Of a DNA stretch of 64,000 bases, positions 1 to 9,171 are shown one piece after another (within the stretch, counting starts at the first letter, position 1; each line of letters starts with the position of its first letter). The translations under genes were made by a program, and so were the position numbers. The notes beneath the pieces were generated by a model. It saw only the letters and a program-made list of their open reading frames with translations. It was not told the DNA's origin and did no database searches. The stretch is from an uncultured Spirochaetota bacterium (lineage in GTDB: Bacteria; Spirochaetota; Spirochaetia; DSM-27196; DATKUC01). The DNA lies in contig CAWHUY010000034.1 in NCBI GenBank assembly GCA_963832675.1, positions 77,716 to 141,715 of the forward strand, in the 5' to 3' direction.

Positions 1-4
1 TCTC

Positions 5-33
5 AGTATGACATATTCCATGACAATTGTCAA
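5..33 (-). promoter_or_regulatory. sigma70-type promoter with overlapping palindromic operator TGACAATTGTCA (21-32); drives a gene left of the window
   Basis: Minus strand reads TTGACA-attgtcatggaatatgt(17)-CATACT with TGn extension; perfect 12-bp palindrome overlapping the -35. Confidence 0.75.
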
Positions 34-78
34 TAGGACTCCGGCACATTGATTCTCCTGCGCCGCAGATTGTCGCTC

Positions 79-1599
79 CTACGTTCCGGCGGCGCTTTGC
101 TTCTGCCTCCCGGATTGTCCCCCAAGCACTTCGATCAATTCGAGGTACCTTCCATAGCGCTCCTGGTATATCGCGCTCTCACGGTCCGCCGGTTCGTAGC
201 GGCCGCCCGGCCTGACCATTGCCGCCGCCGCCTGGGGAAGTCCGCTGTGGAGTCCGGTGCCCACTGCGGCAATCGCCGCCGCCCCCAACGCTCCAACCTG
301 CGTTGCGCGGCTCGTCTCTATCGAAAGCCCGGTGATGGCACTGAACAGCCTGCACCATGCGGGGCTGTTTGTTGCGCCGCCTGAAAGCACCGCACTCTGC
401 TTGCTCATGCCGTTGCGCCGGAGTATATCGAGGTGCTGCCGGTGGGCGAAGACAACCCCTTCGTAGATCGCATGGGCCAGGTGGCGTGCGTCATGCTCCG
501 GGCGGATACCGGCGAAACAACCCCCGACGTCAGGCGAGAGGTGCGACGGATAGAGAAAAGGCAGATAAAACGGATCGGCCGACTGCACGGTGTGTGCGTC
601 GATCTCATGGTTCATTCTGTGGTAGATCTCCGAGGTAGGGGAGGTCGGGTCGTGGCGCCTCATCACCTGAGTCACGAACCATTCGAGATTGCATGCCGAC
701 GTGGCGCTCGACTCGACGAAAGCGAAATGTGCCCCATCGGCTCCCAGAGAACACTTAACCGTCGATTCTGCGGGAAGAAGGCTGCGCTCGAACGCCGTAT
801 TTATGTTCCAGGTGCCGGCAATCATACTGTAGCGGCTTTCGTCGTAGACTCCGCCTCCGGCAGCGCAGGCAATGACGTCAAACAGTCCGGCGGTGACCGG
901 TGTCCCGACTTTCAACCCGGTCTCATCTGCCGCACGCAGCGTCACCGTTCCCACAGTTTCAGAGCTTCGATGGAGATTCGGCAACTTCTCGAACGCGTCC
1001 GCGATGCCGAAAGTCTCCAGGATCACCTTGTCGTAGGTTCCGCTCAAGAGATTCATGAAACCGCAATTGCTCGCATCGGTGACCTCCCCGGAGGGTTCGC
1101 CGGTGAGCCTGTAGGTTGTCCAGTTCTTGGCTGAAAGCACCCACCGAATCCGGGTATAGGTCTCAGGATCATGCCGTTTGAGCCACGCGAGTTGCGGCAC
1201 CGGCTGCCCCGCCCACGGATGGTGCCTCGTTCTTGCGTAACAGGAGACTCCTTCGGCCTGCCACCGGTCGATGATCGACTGTGCGCGGTGGTCCATCGAC
1301 GAGAACGCTCGTCCGACCGGATCTCCCGCTGCATCAATGGAGTAGAGTCCGGCTCCATGCCCGCTCACGCCGACGGCGGCTATTGCATCCGCTCCAATTC
1401 CGGCGGTTTCGACTACCTGGCGAATCACGGATGCGGTGCGTCTCCACTGTTGGGTCATGTCGATTTCGCTTCGATCCCCGGCATCAACCACCAGAGTCTT
1501 CTCGAGCGCCGTCGCCGCCTCGACTCCGTCGAGCGTAAAGAGAACTGCCTTGGTGGCTGTGAGCCCGTTGTCAATGCTCAGAATCACGGGGCCAGTCAT
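79..1599 (-). CDS. FGGY-family carbohydrate kinase (L-xylulose/3-keto-L-gulonate kinase LyxK-like)
   Basis: N-terminal IDNGLTATKAV phosphate-1 motif, GLFDV, AGTWNIN, LSGGATNS, GALGAA; 506 aa. Confidence 0.85.
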   Translation of the reverse strand: MTGPVILSIDNGLTATKAVLFTLDGVEAATALEKTLVVDAGDRSEIDMTQQWRRTASVIRQVVETAGIGADAIAAVGVSGHGAGLYSIDAAGDPVGRAFSSMDHRAQSIIDRWQAEGVSCYARTRHHPWAGQPVPQLAWLKRHDPETYTRIRWVLSAKNWTTYRLTGEPSGEVTDASNCGFMNLLSGTYDKVILETFGIADAFEKLPNLHRSSETVGTVTLRAADETGLKVGTPVTAGLFDVIACAAGGGVYDESRYSMIAGTWNINTAFERSLLPAESTVKCSLGADGAHFAFVESSATSACNLEWFVTQVMRRHDPTSPTSEIYHRMNHEIDAHTVQSADPFYLPFLYPSHLSPDVGGCFAGIRPEHDARHLAHAIYEGVVFAHRQHLDILRRNGMSKQSAVLSGGATNSPAWCRLFSAITGLSIETSRATQVGALGAAAIAAVGTGLHSGLPQAAAAMVRPGGRYEPADRESAIYQERYGRYLELIEVLGGQSGRQKQSAAGT

Positions 1600-1615
1600 C
1601 CCGCTCTCACTCCTC

Positions 1616-2677
1616 TCATGCGATGAATCTCTTCACCGCCTCGTGAAAGACCGGTTTATTCACGATGAATCGCGAATCACCGCCCTCCCAGAGCTTCACC
1701 ATTTCAGCGGCAAGCCTTTTCGGGGAATTGAAAAATGCGTCGTTGGAGCCGCCCGCCATATGTGGCGTCAGCGTCACGTTTTCCAGGGACACGAGAGGAT
1801 ACTCTTTTCCCGGGGGTTCGGTGTCAAAAACGTCAAGCGCTGCGCCGGCGATCCGCCTGTCACGCAATGCTTCGTACAGAGCCTTTTCATTCACCAGCGC
1901 AGAACGCGAGGTATTGATAAGATATGCGGTCGGTTTCATCCGCGCAATGAGTTTTCCGTCCACGAGGTTCTCGGTCTCCTTCGTAAGACGGGCGTGTACG
2001 GTAACGAAGTCCGCACGCGACATGAGCTGTGCGAGGTCCACAAGCTCGACTCCCGCCGGCGGCACCTTCACGAACGGATCGTAGCCAAGAATCGTCATGT
2101 CAAAGCCGGAGAGTCTTTTCGCTACCTTCTGGCCAATTTCCCCCAGACCGATTATGCCGGCGGTCTTCCCGGGCAGGTCGGGGATGTTTCCGGAGTTCGG
2201 GTACACGCGAATCCAATCGCCGTTCTTCAGCCCGAGGTGTCCGCGCGCAATGTTTCGGCACTCGCTGATCAGAACGCCCACGGTGAAGTCGGCCACTGCA
2301 TCGGAGTTTCTTCCCGGTGTATTGTAGACCAGGATCCCACGCTCGGTGGCGTGATCGACATTGATATTTTCAATTCCCGCGCGAAGTACACCAATTACCT
2401 TGAGGTTGGCGCAAGCGTCGATCAGTTTCCGGGGAACCGGACAGAACTCGGTGATCAGAATATCGGCCTCGCGCGCCGCTTCGTAGATGTAGGCGGGCGG
2501 ATCGTAGGCTTCACTTCCGTTCTTTTCGACCAGGAGGTTGACGTTCTGCAGCTCCTGGAACCCGTCGAGCGTCCAGTCCAGCGTGTGAACCTCGACTCCA
2601 CGTTCGGCAAGGGGCGCAAACCCGGTGCGAATGTGTTCGTGGGGGATGAACAGTTCCCCGATACCGGTAAGTCTCAT
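1616..2677 (-). CDS. D-isomer-specific 2-hydroxyacid dehydrogenase (SerA/PGDH-like)
   Basis: RAGIENIN, GIIGLGEIG, LINTSR, ALDVF-EP, TPHMAG motifs; start moved to ATG 2677 with GAGGAGG RBS (ORF-track extension to 3124 overlaps the SDR). Confidence 0.88.
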   Translation of the reverse strand: MRLTGIGELFIPHEHIRTGFAPLAERGVEVHTLDWTLDGFQELQNVNLLVEKNGSEAYDPPAYIYEAAREADILITEFCPVPRKLIDACANLKVIGVLRAGIENINVDHATERGILVYNTPGRNSDAVADFTVGVLISECRNIARGHLGLKNGDWIRVYPNSGNIPDLPGKTAGIIGLGEIGQKVAKRLSGFDMTILGYDPFVKVPPAGVELVDLAQLMSRADFVTVHARLTKETENLVDGKLIARMKPTAYLINTSRSALVNEKALYEALRDRRIAGAALDVFDTEPPGKEYPLVSLENVTLTPHMAGGSNDAFFNSPKRLAAEMVKLWEGGDSRFIVNKPVFHEAVKRFIA

Positions 2678-2688
2678 TGAATTCCTCC

Positions 2689-3444
2689 TCAGCGGGCGAT
2701 CATTCCGCCGGACGCGTCGTATGTGCTGCCGGTGAAGTAGTCGGCTGCTCCCGAGACCAGGAACACCGCGAAACCTGCAATTTCTTCCGGCTGCGCAATC
2801 CGTCCGATCTGAATACGGTTTTCGTAGTACTCGCGGTTCGATGCAAGCACCTCCTTGTTCATTGGAGTTGCGACCATTCCCAGCGCGAGCGCGTTCACGT
2901 TTATTCCTTTGCGGGCGACTTCCCGGGAGAGGGAGAGCGTAAAGGTGACCACACCCGACTTGGCGGCGGCGTAGTGCGCATGCCCGGTGGTCGACCCGTT
3001 GAAGGCCGCCTGCGAGGTGATGTTGAGGATCTTTCCCTTCCCCTCGCGGGCAAGCACCTTCTGGACGAATCTCTGGCAGGTCAGGAATACCGCGGTCATG
3101 TTGATGTCGAAAGTTCTCTTCCACTCCGGCAACGGGATATCAACGACGAGGTTGGTCGGCCAGAGTCCCGCGTTGTTTATGAGTATGTCCGCACTTCCCA
3201 GAAGCGCTTCGGCCTTGTCGATCAAATCTACGCAGTCTTTCTCTGCCGTCAGATCGGTTCGCACCGCGTGCGCCTTTACGCCGAGACTCCGACATTTTTC
3301 TGCGACAGTTTCGGCACGCTCGACGTTGATATCCGAGACTATCAGATTCGCTCCCTCGGCGCTCAACGCATAGGCGATCGCCTCGCCGAATCCGCCGGCT
3401 CCGCCGGTGACTATCGCATTCTTCCCTTTCAATTTCAGATCCAT
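2689..3444 (-). CDS. Classical short-chain dehydrogenase/reductase (probable sugar/polyol dehydrogenase)
   Basis: TGGAGGFG, NNAG, YAAAK catalytic motif; Asp after beta2 (SDIN) suggests NAD preference. Confidence 0.88.
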   Translation of the reverse strand: MDLKLKGKNAIVTGGAGGFGEAIAYALSAEGANLIVSDINVERAETVAEKCRSLGVKAHAVRTDLTAEKDCVDLIDKAEALLGSADILINNAGLWPTNLVVDIPLPEWKRTFDINMTAVFLTCQRFVQKVLAREGKGKILNITSQAAFNGSTTGHAHYAAAKSGVVTFTLSLSREVARKGINVNALALGMVATPMNKEVLASNREYYENRIQIGRIAQPEEIAGFAVFLVSGAADYFTGSTYDASGGMIAR

Positions 3445-3447
3445 ACA

Positions 3448-5016
3448 CTACTCCCGCAGGTGAAAGTTTTTGTATATCGTTTCATTCACTCCCCGAAGGG
3501 CCGGGTAGACCGATTCGAAGATTCGATAATAGCGTTCGTATTGTTCCGCCGATTCCATATCAGGCTCAATAGTACGAACAGCGGCGCGAGTCCGTTCGTA
3601 TGCTTCGGATTCGCTCGAGTAGACCCCCGCGCCGATCCCGGCCAGGATGGCTGCGCCAAGGGCGGTTGCCTCCTCTGTGTCGCTCACGTCGATGGGCTGC
3701 CCGATGATGTCGGCCTTGTTCTGCATCCAGAAGCTGTTCCTCGCCGCGCCGCCGGTTACCACGATGCGTTCAACCGGACCACCCGCCGACGACGCTACCG
3801 CTTCGATCAGCTGCCGCGACTGGTAGTTGAGCCCTTCGAACATCGCACGTGCCAGGCAGGCTTTAGTCACCCCGTTGTGAAGGCCCACAAACGCACCAAG
3901 TGATCTGCTGTCGTTCGCCGGGGAACCGGCGCCCGAAAAATGCGGGAGAAAGAACACGCCGTTGGCTCCTGTGGGCGCCTCCTCGGGGCCCTCCATGATG
4001 CATTGCCAGTCCGCGCACCCGGAAATGGCCGCCCGTTCACGCTCCTCGTAACAGAACTCCCGGCGATACCACTCGGTCATGTCCGCGGAAACCGCGAAAC
4101 CGGTGGTGCAGTACATGTTGCGTGCAACGTGAGACTCCACGGTGAGGCCCGTTTTGAAGGCGTCATTTGAAAGCACCGGGTGATCGGTCGCGCGAACGGC
4201 CAGCTCCCATGTTCCTGTGATGTCCAGAACCACGCCCGGCTGAAAGGCTCCGGCGGCAAGCGCCGCGCACAGGTAGTCGTGGCCGCCCAGATAGACCGGC
4301 GTGCCGGCGCGAAGAGCGGTCTCGCGTGAGGCACCCGGACTGACAGTTCCAATTCGTGTACCGCTCGGAAGCGCGTCGGGGAGAAGCCGGGCCTTCACGC
4401 CGGCCGCCGCGACAAGCTCCTCCGACCAGGCGCGTTCGTGCTGATCGAAAAGGGATGTCGTAGAGGCCATTGAGAAGTCGGTTGCGCGGCTGCCGCAGAG
4501 CTTGAAGTTCACCCAGTCTTCGATCAGGAGCCAACGATCCGCGCTGCGAAGAATCTCCGGCCGGAACTCCTGCATCCACAACAGACGATAGACGGTGTCA
4601 AACGGCTGAACCTGCTTTCCAGACAACGCGAACACCCTCTTTCGGCCGACCAGTTCGCTCCATCGGCGGCTTTGCGGTTCGGTCCTCGTGCAATGCCAGG
4701 AAATGAAGGGATAGAGCCATTGTCCATCGCCGTCGACCGGAAGCCCGTCCATGCCGAGGCCGGTCACCGCCACGCCGAGAACGGCGGCCCCCGCGGCCGC
4801 CGGCAACACGGGAGTCGCAGAAAGCGCCTTCCTCAACACCGCACAGACGCTCTCCCACACTCGTTCCGGGTGCCAGAAAGCCCAGGATGGGTTTGCTTCA
4901 TCGGTGTGCTCGACGATCATCGGTGCCGATGCGCTCGAAACTACCCGGCCGGAAAGATCGAAAAGGAATGCCTTTGTGGAGGTGGAACCAATGTCGATTG
5001 CGGCAAGACAGTCCAT
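3448..5016 (-). CDS. FGGY-family carbohydrate kinase (L-fuculokinase/xylulokinase-like)
   Basis: IDIGSTSTKA, GGHDY, ITGTWE, FLPHFSG, VTGGAA, ATALGAA; ATG 5016 with AGGAG RBS. Confidence 0.85.
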   Translation of the reverse strand: MDCLAAIDIGSTSTKAFLFDLSGRVVSSASAPMIVEHTDEANPSWAFWHPERVWESVCAVLRKALSATPVLPAAAGAAVLGVAVTGLGMDGLPVDGDGQWLYPFISWHCTRTEPQSRRWSELVGRKRVFALSGKQVQPFDTVYRLLWMQEFRPEILRSADRWLLIEDWVNFKLCGSRATDFSMASTTSLFDQHERAWSEELVAAAGVKARLLPDALPSGTRIGTVSPGASRETALRAGTPVYLGGHDYLCAALAAGAFQPGVVLDITGTWELAVRATDHPVLSNDAFKTGLTVESHVARNMYCTTGFAVSADMTEWYRREFCYEERERAAISGCADWQCIMEGPEEAPTGANGVFFLPHFSGAGSPANDSRSLGAFVGLHNGVTKACLARAMFEGLNYQSRQLIEAVASSAGGPVERIVVTGGAARNSFWMQNKADIIGQPIDVSDTEEATALGAAILAGIGAGVYSSESEAYERTRAAVRTIEPDMESAEQYERYYRIFESVYPALRGVNETIYKNFHLRE

Positions 5017-5030
5017 TCCGATTCTCCTGC

Positions 5031-6053
5031 TCAACCCGCTCGGTGTTCCCGCAGTTCGATCCAGGTATCGAGCATTGCCCGATAGTTTTCCGGCTTCACC
5101 GACGAGTGGATGCTGTTGCTCGATGAAAAGATGTAACCGCCGCCTCGTCCTCCGGTGAAAATGCAGTATTCGGCGGCCCTCCGCACCTCCCCCGGCGATC
5201 CGAATGTCAACAGATTCGCGCAGTCGACGTTACCCTTGATCGCGATTCGACTGCCGAATCGTTCCTTCACCGTCTCCAGATCCATTCCGGCAACCGGATC
5301 GATCGGGTCGAGGCAGTCGAATCCTGCATCCACAATCATGTCTATGATGGGCATGATGTTTCCGTCGGTATGCTTGATCACGAGCAGACCCAGCTCTTTG
5401 TACCCGGCAACCACCCGTTTGAGCCCTGGAAAGAAGATTTCCCTGAATGCCGCGGGGGATACCATCGGACCGCTGTTGTACGCGTAGTCGTCACCCGTGT
5501 AGACAATCTTCACGCCTCGCTCACGGGCCTCGCGGGCAAACGCAAGGTTCGCCTCCACCGAGAGATCTACCAGTGCTCGTGCGAGTTCCGGCTCGAGAGC
5601 GATACAGATCATGAAATCGTCGAACTTCATCAGCCGCGACGGCAACGAGAAGACGTCGTTGAGGTGGAGAATTACCGCCTTCTTTCCGGAGTTGCCGGCG
5701 AGACAGCGTTCCAGCGATGCATATCGGGCAGGATTTGCCGGATCCGGATATTCGTAACTGCGCAGGTCGTCCATACAGCTTATTGGGCCGCGGACCGGAT
5801 AGGGGTGCGACTCCGCGGAATGCCGGGTGATCCGGCCCCATTCGTCGCGAAAGAGTCCCGGTTCGATCTCCTGTCGCGTATAGTCGAGATCGACGCAGAC
5901 AGCGTCCAGATCCTCCTGATAGATGAACCCCTCCTCGGACGATCCGGGTCGCATCGCCCCGATTACGTGACGGTCGATGACCCACTCGAACGACGGGATC
6001 CGGTCGGTTTCCGACCGGCACAGGGTCTGTATGATCCGTTCTTCGGAGTTCAT
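5031..6053 (-). CDS. Uroporphyrinogen decarboxylase/MtaA-CmuA methyltransferase superfamily protein of unknown function
   Basis: MNSEERI..DRIP N-terminus, DEWG, GDDYAY, KHTDGNI, KGNVD, GGGYIFSSSNSIH; a true HemE is encoded separately at 29540-30607. Confidence 0.8.
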   Translation of the reverse strand: MNSEERIIQTLCRSETDRIPSFEWVIDRHVIGAMRPGSSEEGFIYQEDLDAVCVDLDYTRQEIEPGLFRDEWGRITRHSAESHPYPVRGPISCMDDLRSYEYPDPANPARYASLERCLAGNSGKKAVILHLNDVFSLPSRLMKFDDFMICIALEPELARALVDLSVEANLAFAREARERGVKIVYTGDDYAYNSGPMVSPAAFREIFFPGLKRVVAGYKELGLLVIKHTDGNIMPIIDMIVDAGFDCLDPIDPVAGMDLETVKERFGSRIAIKGNVDCANLLTFGSPGEVRRAAEYCIFTGGRGGGYIFSSSNSIHSSVKPENYRAMLDTWIELREHRAG

Positions 6054-6068
6054 CGCCGGCGCCCGCCT

Positions 6069-6584
6069 CTACCGGTTTTCGATCCCCGGACCGGTGATCG
6101 CGATTCGCTGAGCTCGAGGAAACTCGTAGGTCTTGCAGTCGATCATGTAGGTTCGTTCCGGCAGTGCGACCAGACAATTGACCGGACTCTTGGCAAGAGT
6201 GTACGGACCATGGTGCCAGACTCCTGGCCGCAGACAGACGAGAGTCCCCTGCGGCACATGGAATACCCGGGCACTCTCGAAGGGAAACTGGGCAGCCGCG
6301 ACAGCCGGTGCGACGTGTATAAGGACATCACCGTCTATCGGCATGAGGGTCTCGCAGCACCCGTCGTGATATTCGGACACGTCGATCACGTAGGGTCGGG
6401 TCCCCACTCGGCAGACGCCGAACGACACGGCTGTACTCGTCCCGAGCGACGACTGTACCATGTCTCTGAAGAACTCAATCGGCTCCGCGCCGATGCGTTC
6501 CGTCGTCGGGTTGATCATGACAGCGTAGGATCCGAAAGGGGCAAACGCATCGGCGGACAGTTTTTCGTACGCGACTGTTCTCAT
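6069..6584 (-). CDS. Ureidoglycolate lyase (AllA)-like cupin protein
   Basis: LSADAFAPFG N-terminus, EYH..CCETLMP, PGVWHHGP metal-binding motif; 171 aa. Confidence 0.7.
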   Translation of the reverse strand: MRTVAYEKLSADAFAPFGSYAVMINPTTERIGAEPIEFFRDMVQSSLGTSTAVSFGVCRVGTRPYVIDVSEYHDGCCETLMPIDGDVLIHVAPAVAAAQFPFESARVFHVPQGTLVCLRPGVWHHGPYTLAKSPVNCLVALPERTYMIDCKTYEFPRAQRIAITGPGIENR

Positions 6585-6585
6585 G

Positions 6586-7335
6586 CTAGAACCCGCTTAT
6601 GTCCTGCGCCAAACCGAAGAGGCTGTACTCGGATACACAGGCTCCTTTGGTCAGTGCGCAGATCTGGTATGCCATGTCGGCGAAGTGTTCAGGTCGAACG
6701 GCGAGACTCTCGTCCCATTCGAATTTTGGAACACCCTGGGCCGCCGTCTGGAAACCGGTGTTCGACCCTCCGGGAACCAGGAGCGACACCGAAATCCCGT
6801 GCGGACGAAGTTCGGTGTAAAGACATTTGGTGAATGCGTTCACCCCCGCCTTCGCCGCCGAGTACACGGTCCAGCCCGGCCAGGAACGACGGTCGCAGAC
6901 GCTCGAAACATTGATGATCTTTCCGGACTTCTGTTTCTTGAATTGCGGCGTGAAGGTCCGGCAGCTCCAGATCGTGCTATTCAGATTCAGGTCAAGGATC
7001 TTCTTGTTCACCGCATCATCCATCTCTTCTATGGGAGCGACCTTGACCGCACCGCCGGCGTAGTTGAGGAGAAAGTCCACCTTTCCGAACGCCGAAACCG
7101 ACTCCTTCAGCGCCCTCTCGTAGGTCTCCGGCTTCGTCGCGTCACCGACAAACGAAATGACTTTTGATCCGGACGCTTTGCAGTTCGCGACGGTGTCGTT
7201 CAGGGCCTTCTCGTTGATATCGAATATTACCAGCCCGCACTTGTCCTTCGCGGCAAAAAGTTCTGCCGTCGCTTTTGCGAATCCGGAGCCGACGCCGGAA
7301 ATCACCGCCACCTTTCCTGCCAATGAATCAGCCAT
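6586..7335 (-). CDS. Short-chain dehydrogenase/reductase, first gene of the catabolic operon
   Basis: SGVGSGFA, NYAG, NVSS, YSAAK; ATG 7335 with GGAGG RBS at 7341-7345 (ORF-track TTG 7404 is the -35 box). Confidence 0.87.
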   Translation of the reverse strand: MADSLAGKVAVISGVGSGFAKATAELFAAKDKCGLVIFDINEKALNDTVANCKASGSKVISFVGDATKPETYERALKESVSAFGKVDFLLNYAGGAVKVAPIEEMDDAVNKKILDLNLNSTIWSCRTFTPQFKKQKSGKIINVSSVCDRRSWPGWTVYSAAKAGVNAFTKCLYTELRPHGISVSLLVPGGSNTGFQTAAQGVPKFEWDESLAVRPEHFADMAYQICALTKGACVSEYSLFGLAQDISGF

Positions 7336-7364
7336 ACCAGCCTCCAAAGCTCTGATTTTTGTTC

Positions 7365-7404
7365 TGACGTTTGTCATTCTAACATATGACATGACAATTG
7401 TCAA
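7365..7404 (-). promoter_or_regulatory. sigma70 promoter with two operator boxes (TGACAATTGTCA 7392-7403; TGACAAACGTCA 7365-7376)
   Basis: Minus strand TTGACA-17 nt-TAGAAT with TGn extension; one box over the -35, one over the predicted +1. Confidence 0.85.
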
Positions 7405-7440
7405 ACCCTTTGTTGCGCGATGACGCGGGAAATGGGAGAT

Positions 7441-8331
7441 TCAGAGGATTTCGATCCGGTACCCGGTAGAGAAGGAGTCGTGCGGCGGAAGGGAGATAAT
7501 CCCCTCCTTTTCGATCAGGTTACCCGATGCGTCACCGGCATCGGGTAGTCCGTGCCAGGGCTCGATGCAGACGAATGGGGCACCACCGGGTTTCGACCAG
7601 ATCGCGACAAACGGAACCCCGTCGGTGGCTACCCGGATTGCGCGGGGATTGCGGCTGTTGGCGATGGTGAACTCGCGCGATGAAGGATTCTTGAAGATTA
7701 CCGGGCCCGAGTCGAACAGATTTCGGGACAGCGTCAGGGTGCGACTCGAGTCAAGAATTTCGGCTGTCTTGCCGGGGACGATCGTCCCGTCCTTGAAGAA
7801 ATAGCGTTCGAGGTTCTCCTCGCGTTCAAAGAGGATATAGTAGTTCTCGAGCGCTCCGGCAGTTCCGGGTGGGGCGGCACGAAATGGAACGTTGAAAGCC
7901 GGGTGCGACCCTATCGAGAAGTACATCGAACCGGAGCCCCGGTTCGTCACCCGATAACGTACCGTCAGACCGCCAAGCTCGAGGAAGAATCCGACCCGCA
8001 ACGCAAAGTCGAATGGATACTGCGCGAGTGTCTCGTTACCGGCGGCAAGCTCGAGCTCCACGGCATCCTGCTCGCTCCCGACTACTCCAAACTCACGGGA
8101 GCGGGCAAACCCGTGCTGTGGAAGACGATATTCCCGACCCTCGTAGGTGTAGGTTTCGCCCTTCAGGCCACCCACTATGGGAAAGAGGATCGGAGCTGAT
8201 CCTTTCCACCAGAAAGGATCAGCCTGCCACATATACTCCTGGCCGGTTGACAGATCTACCAGGCTCTTCAATTCCGCGCCAAGTTGTGCGATCTCCGCGC
8301 GGAACCGCCCGTTGTCGATGACAAAACCCAT
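7441..8331 (-). CDS. Aldose 1-epimerase family protein (LacX-like)
   Basis: GAELKSL, APILFPIVG, HGFAR, HPAF, FVCIEPWHG motifs. Confidence 0.88.
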   Translation of the reverse strand: MGFVIDNGRFRAEIAQLGAELKSLVDLSTGQEYMWQADPFWWKGSAPILFPIVGGLKGETYTYEGREYRLPQHGFARSREFGVVGSEQDAVELELAAGNETLAQYPFDFALRVGFFLELGGLTVRYRVTNRGSGSMYFSIGSHPAFNVPFRAAPPGTAGALENYYILFEREENLERYFFKDGTIVPGKTAEILDSSRTLTLSRNLFDSGPVIFKNPSSREFTIANSRNPRAIRVATDGVPFVAIWSKPGGAPFVCIEPWHGLPDAGDASGNLIEKEGIISLPPHDSFSTGYRIEIL

Positions 8332-8352
8332 AGGACGCTCCGGTCTGACCGT

Positions 8353-9171
8353 TCAGTAGTTGCCGCTTCCCGCGCCGCCGGTAACGATTGCGACGCTCGA
8401 AACAGCGCCGATGCGATTGGCACCAGCCGCGATTACCGCTACCGCGTTCGCATAGGTGCGAACACCGCCTGACGCCTTGACCCCCATCTCGTTACCGACT
8501 ACCCGTCGCATCAGTGCGATATCCTCCGGCGTGGCTCCGCCGCCGGCAAATCCGGTGCAGGTCTTCACGAAGTCGGCCCCCGCCTTTTTTGAAAGCTCGC
8601 AGGCCATCACCTTGTCGTCCTGCGTGAGAAGCGACGTTTCGATAATCACTTTGAGGATGGTATTCGATCGGGTCGCACGACGCACCGCACGAATATCCTC
8701 TTCAACTCCGCGGTAGTCGCCGGATTTGAGAAGCCCGACGTTGATCACCATGTCGATCTCCTGAGCTCCGTCAGCTATCGCTTCACGGGTCTCGAACGCC
8801 TTGCTTCGAGCGGTCATGGCGCCAAGCGGAAACCCGACGACCGAGCAGACTTTGACGCCGCTGCCCTGGAGCTTACGCGCGACATACGCCACTCTGCTCG
8901 AATTCACGCAGACCCCGAAAAAACGGTATTGCAGCGCCTCCTGACAAAGTTTGTCGAATGCGGCGGTCGCCGCCTCAGGTCGCAGCATGGTGTGATCGAT
9001 ATACTTCGCCACGTCCGACGGCAAAAGAGAAGGGAGAGTCCCGGCGCTGGTCGCCCCTGCTTCCAGGCCCTTTTGCGGGAAACCCGATCCGCCGGTCGAT
9101 TTCCCGGTCTGCTGATTGATCCTGGCGACGACTTCTGAAACGATTCTGTCTATGAGCTGGTTCTGTTCCAT
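8353..9171 (-). CDS. deoC: Deoxyribose-phosphate aldolase with N-terminal BMC encapsulation peptide
   Basis: IDHTML, VGFPLG, EIDMV, FVKTCTGF (Schiff-base Lys), GVKASGG; starts MEQNQLIDRIVSEVVARIN plus Gly/Ser linker; ATG 9171 with GAGGAGG upstream. Confidence 0.92.
   Translation of the reverse strand: MEQNQLIDRIVSEVVARINQQTGKSTGGSGFPQKGLEAGATSAGTLPSLLPSDVAKYIDHTMLRPEAATAAFDKLCQEALQYRFFGVCVNSSRVAYVARKLQGSGVKVCSVVGFPLGAMTARSKAFETREAIADGAQEIDMVINVGLLKSGDYRGVEEDIRAVRRATRSNTILKVIIETSLLTQDDKVMACELSKKAGADFVKTCTGFAGGGATPEDIALMRRVVGNEMGVKASGGVRTYANAVAVIAAGANRIGAVSSVAIVTGGAGSGNY

Noticed and set aside
2678-3124. Apparent 149-aa N-terminal extension of the 2-hydroxyacid dehydrogenase
   Set aside because: Overlaps the SDR in another frame; a strong RBS supports ATG 2677.
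1436-3903. Long plus-strand ORFs (414 and 408 aa) and similar antisense ORFs elsewhere (e.g. 5370-6833, 43159-44934, 48654-50396)
   Set aside because: Shadows of well-supported genes in GC-rich DNA; no recognisable motifs and Arg/Pro-rich composition.
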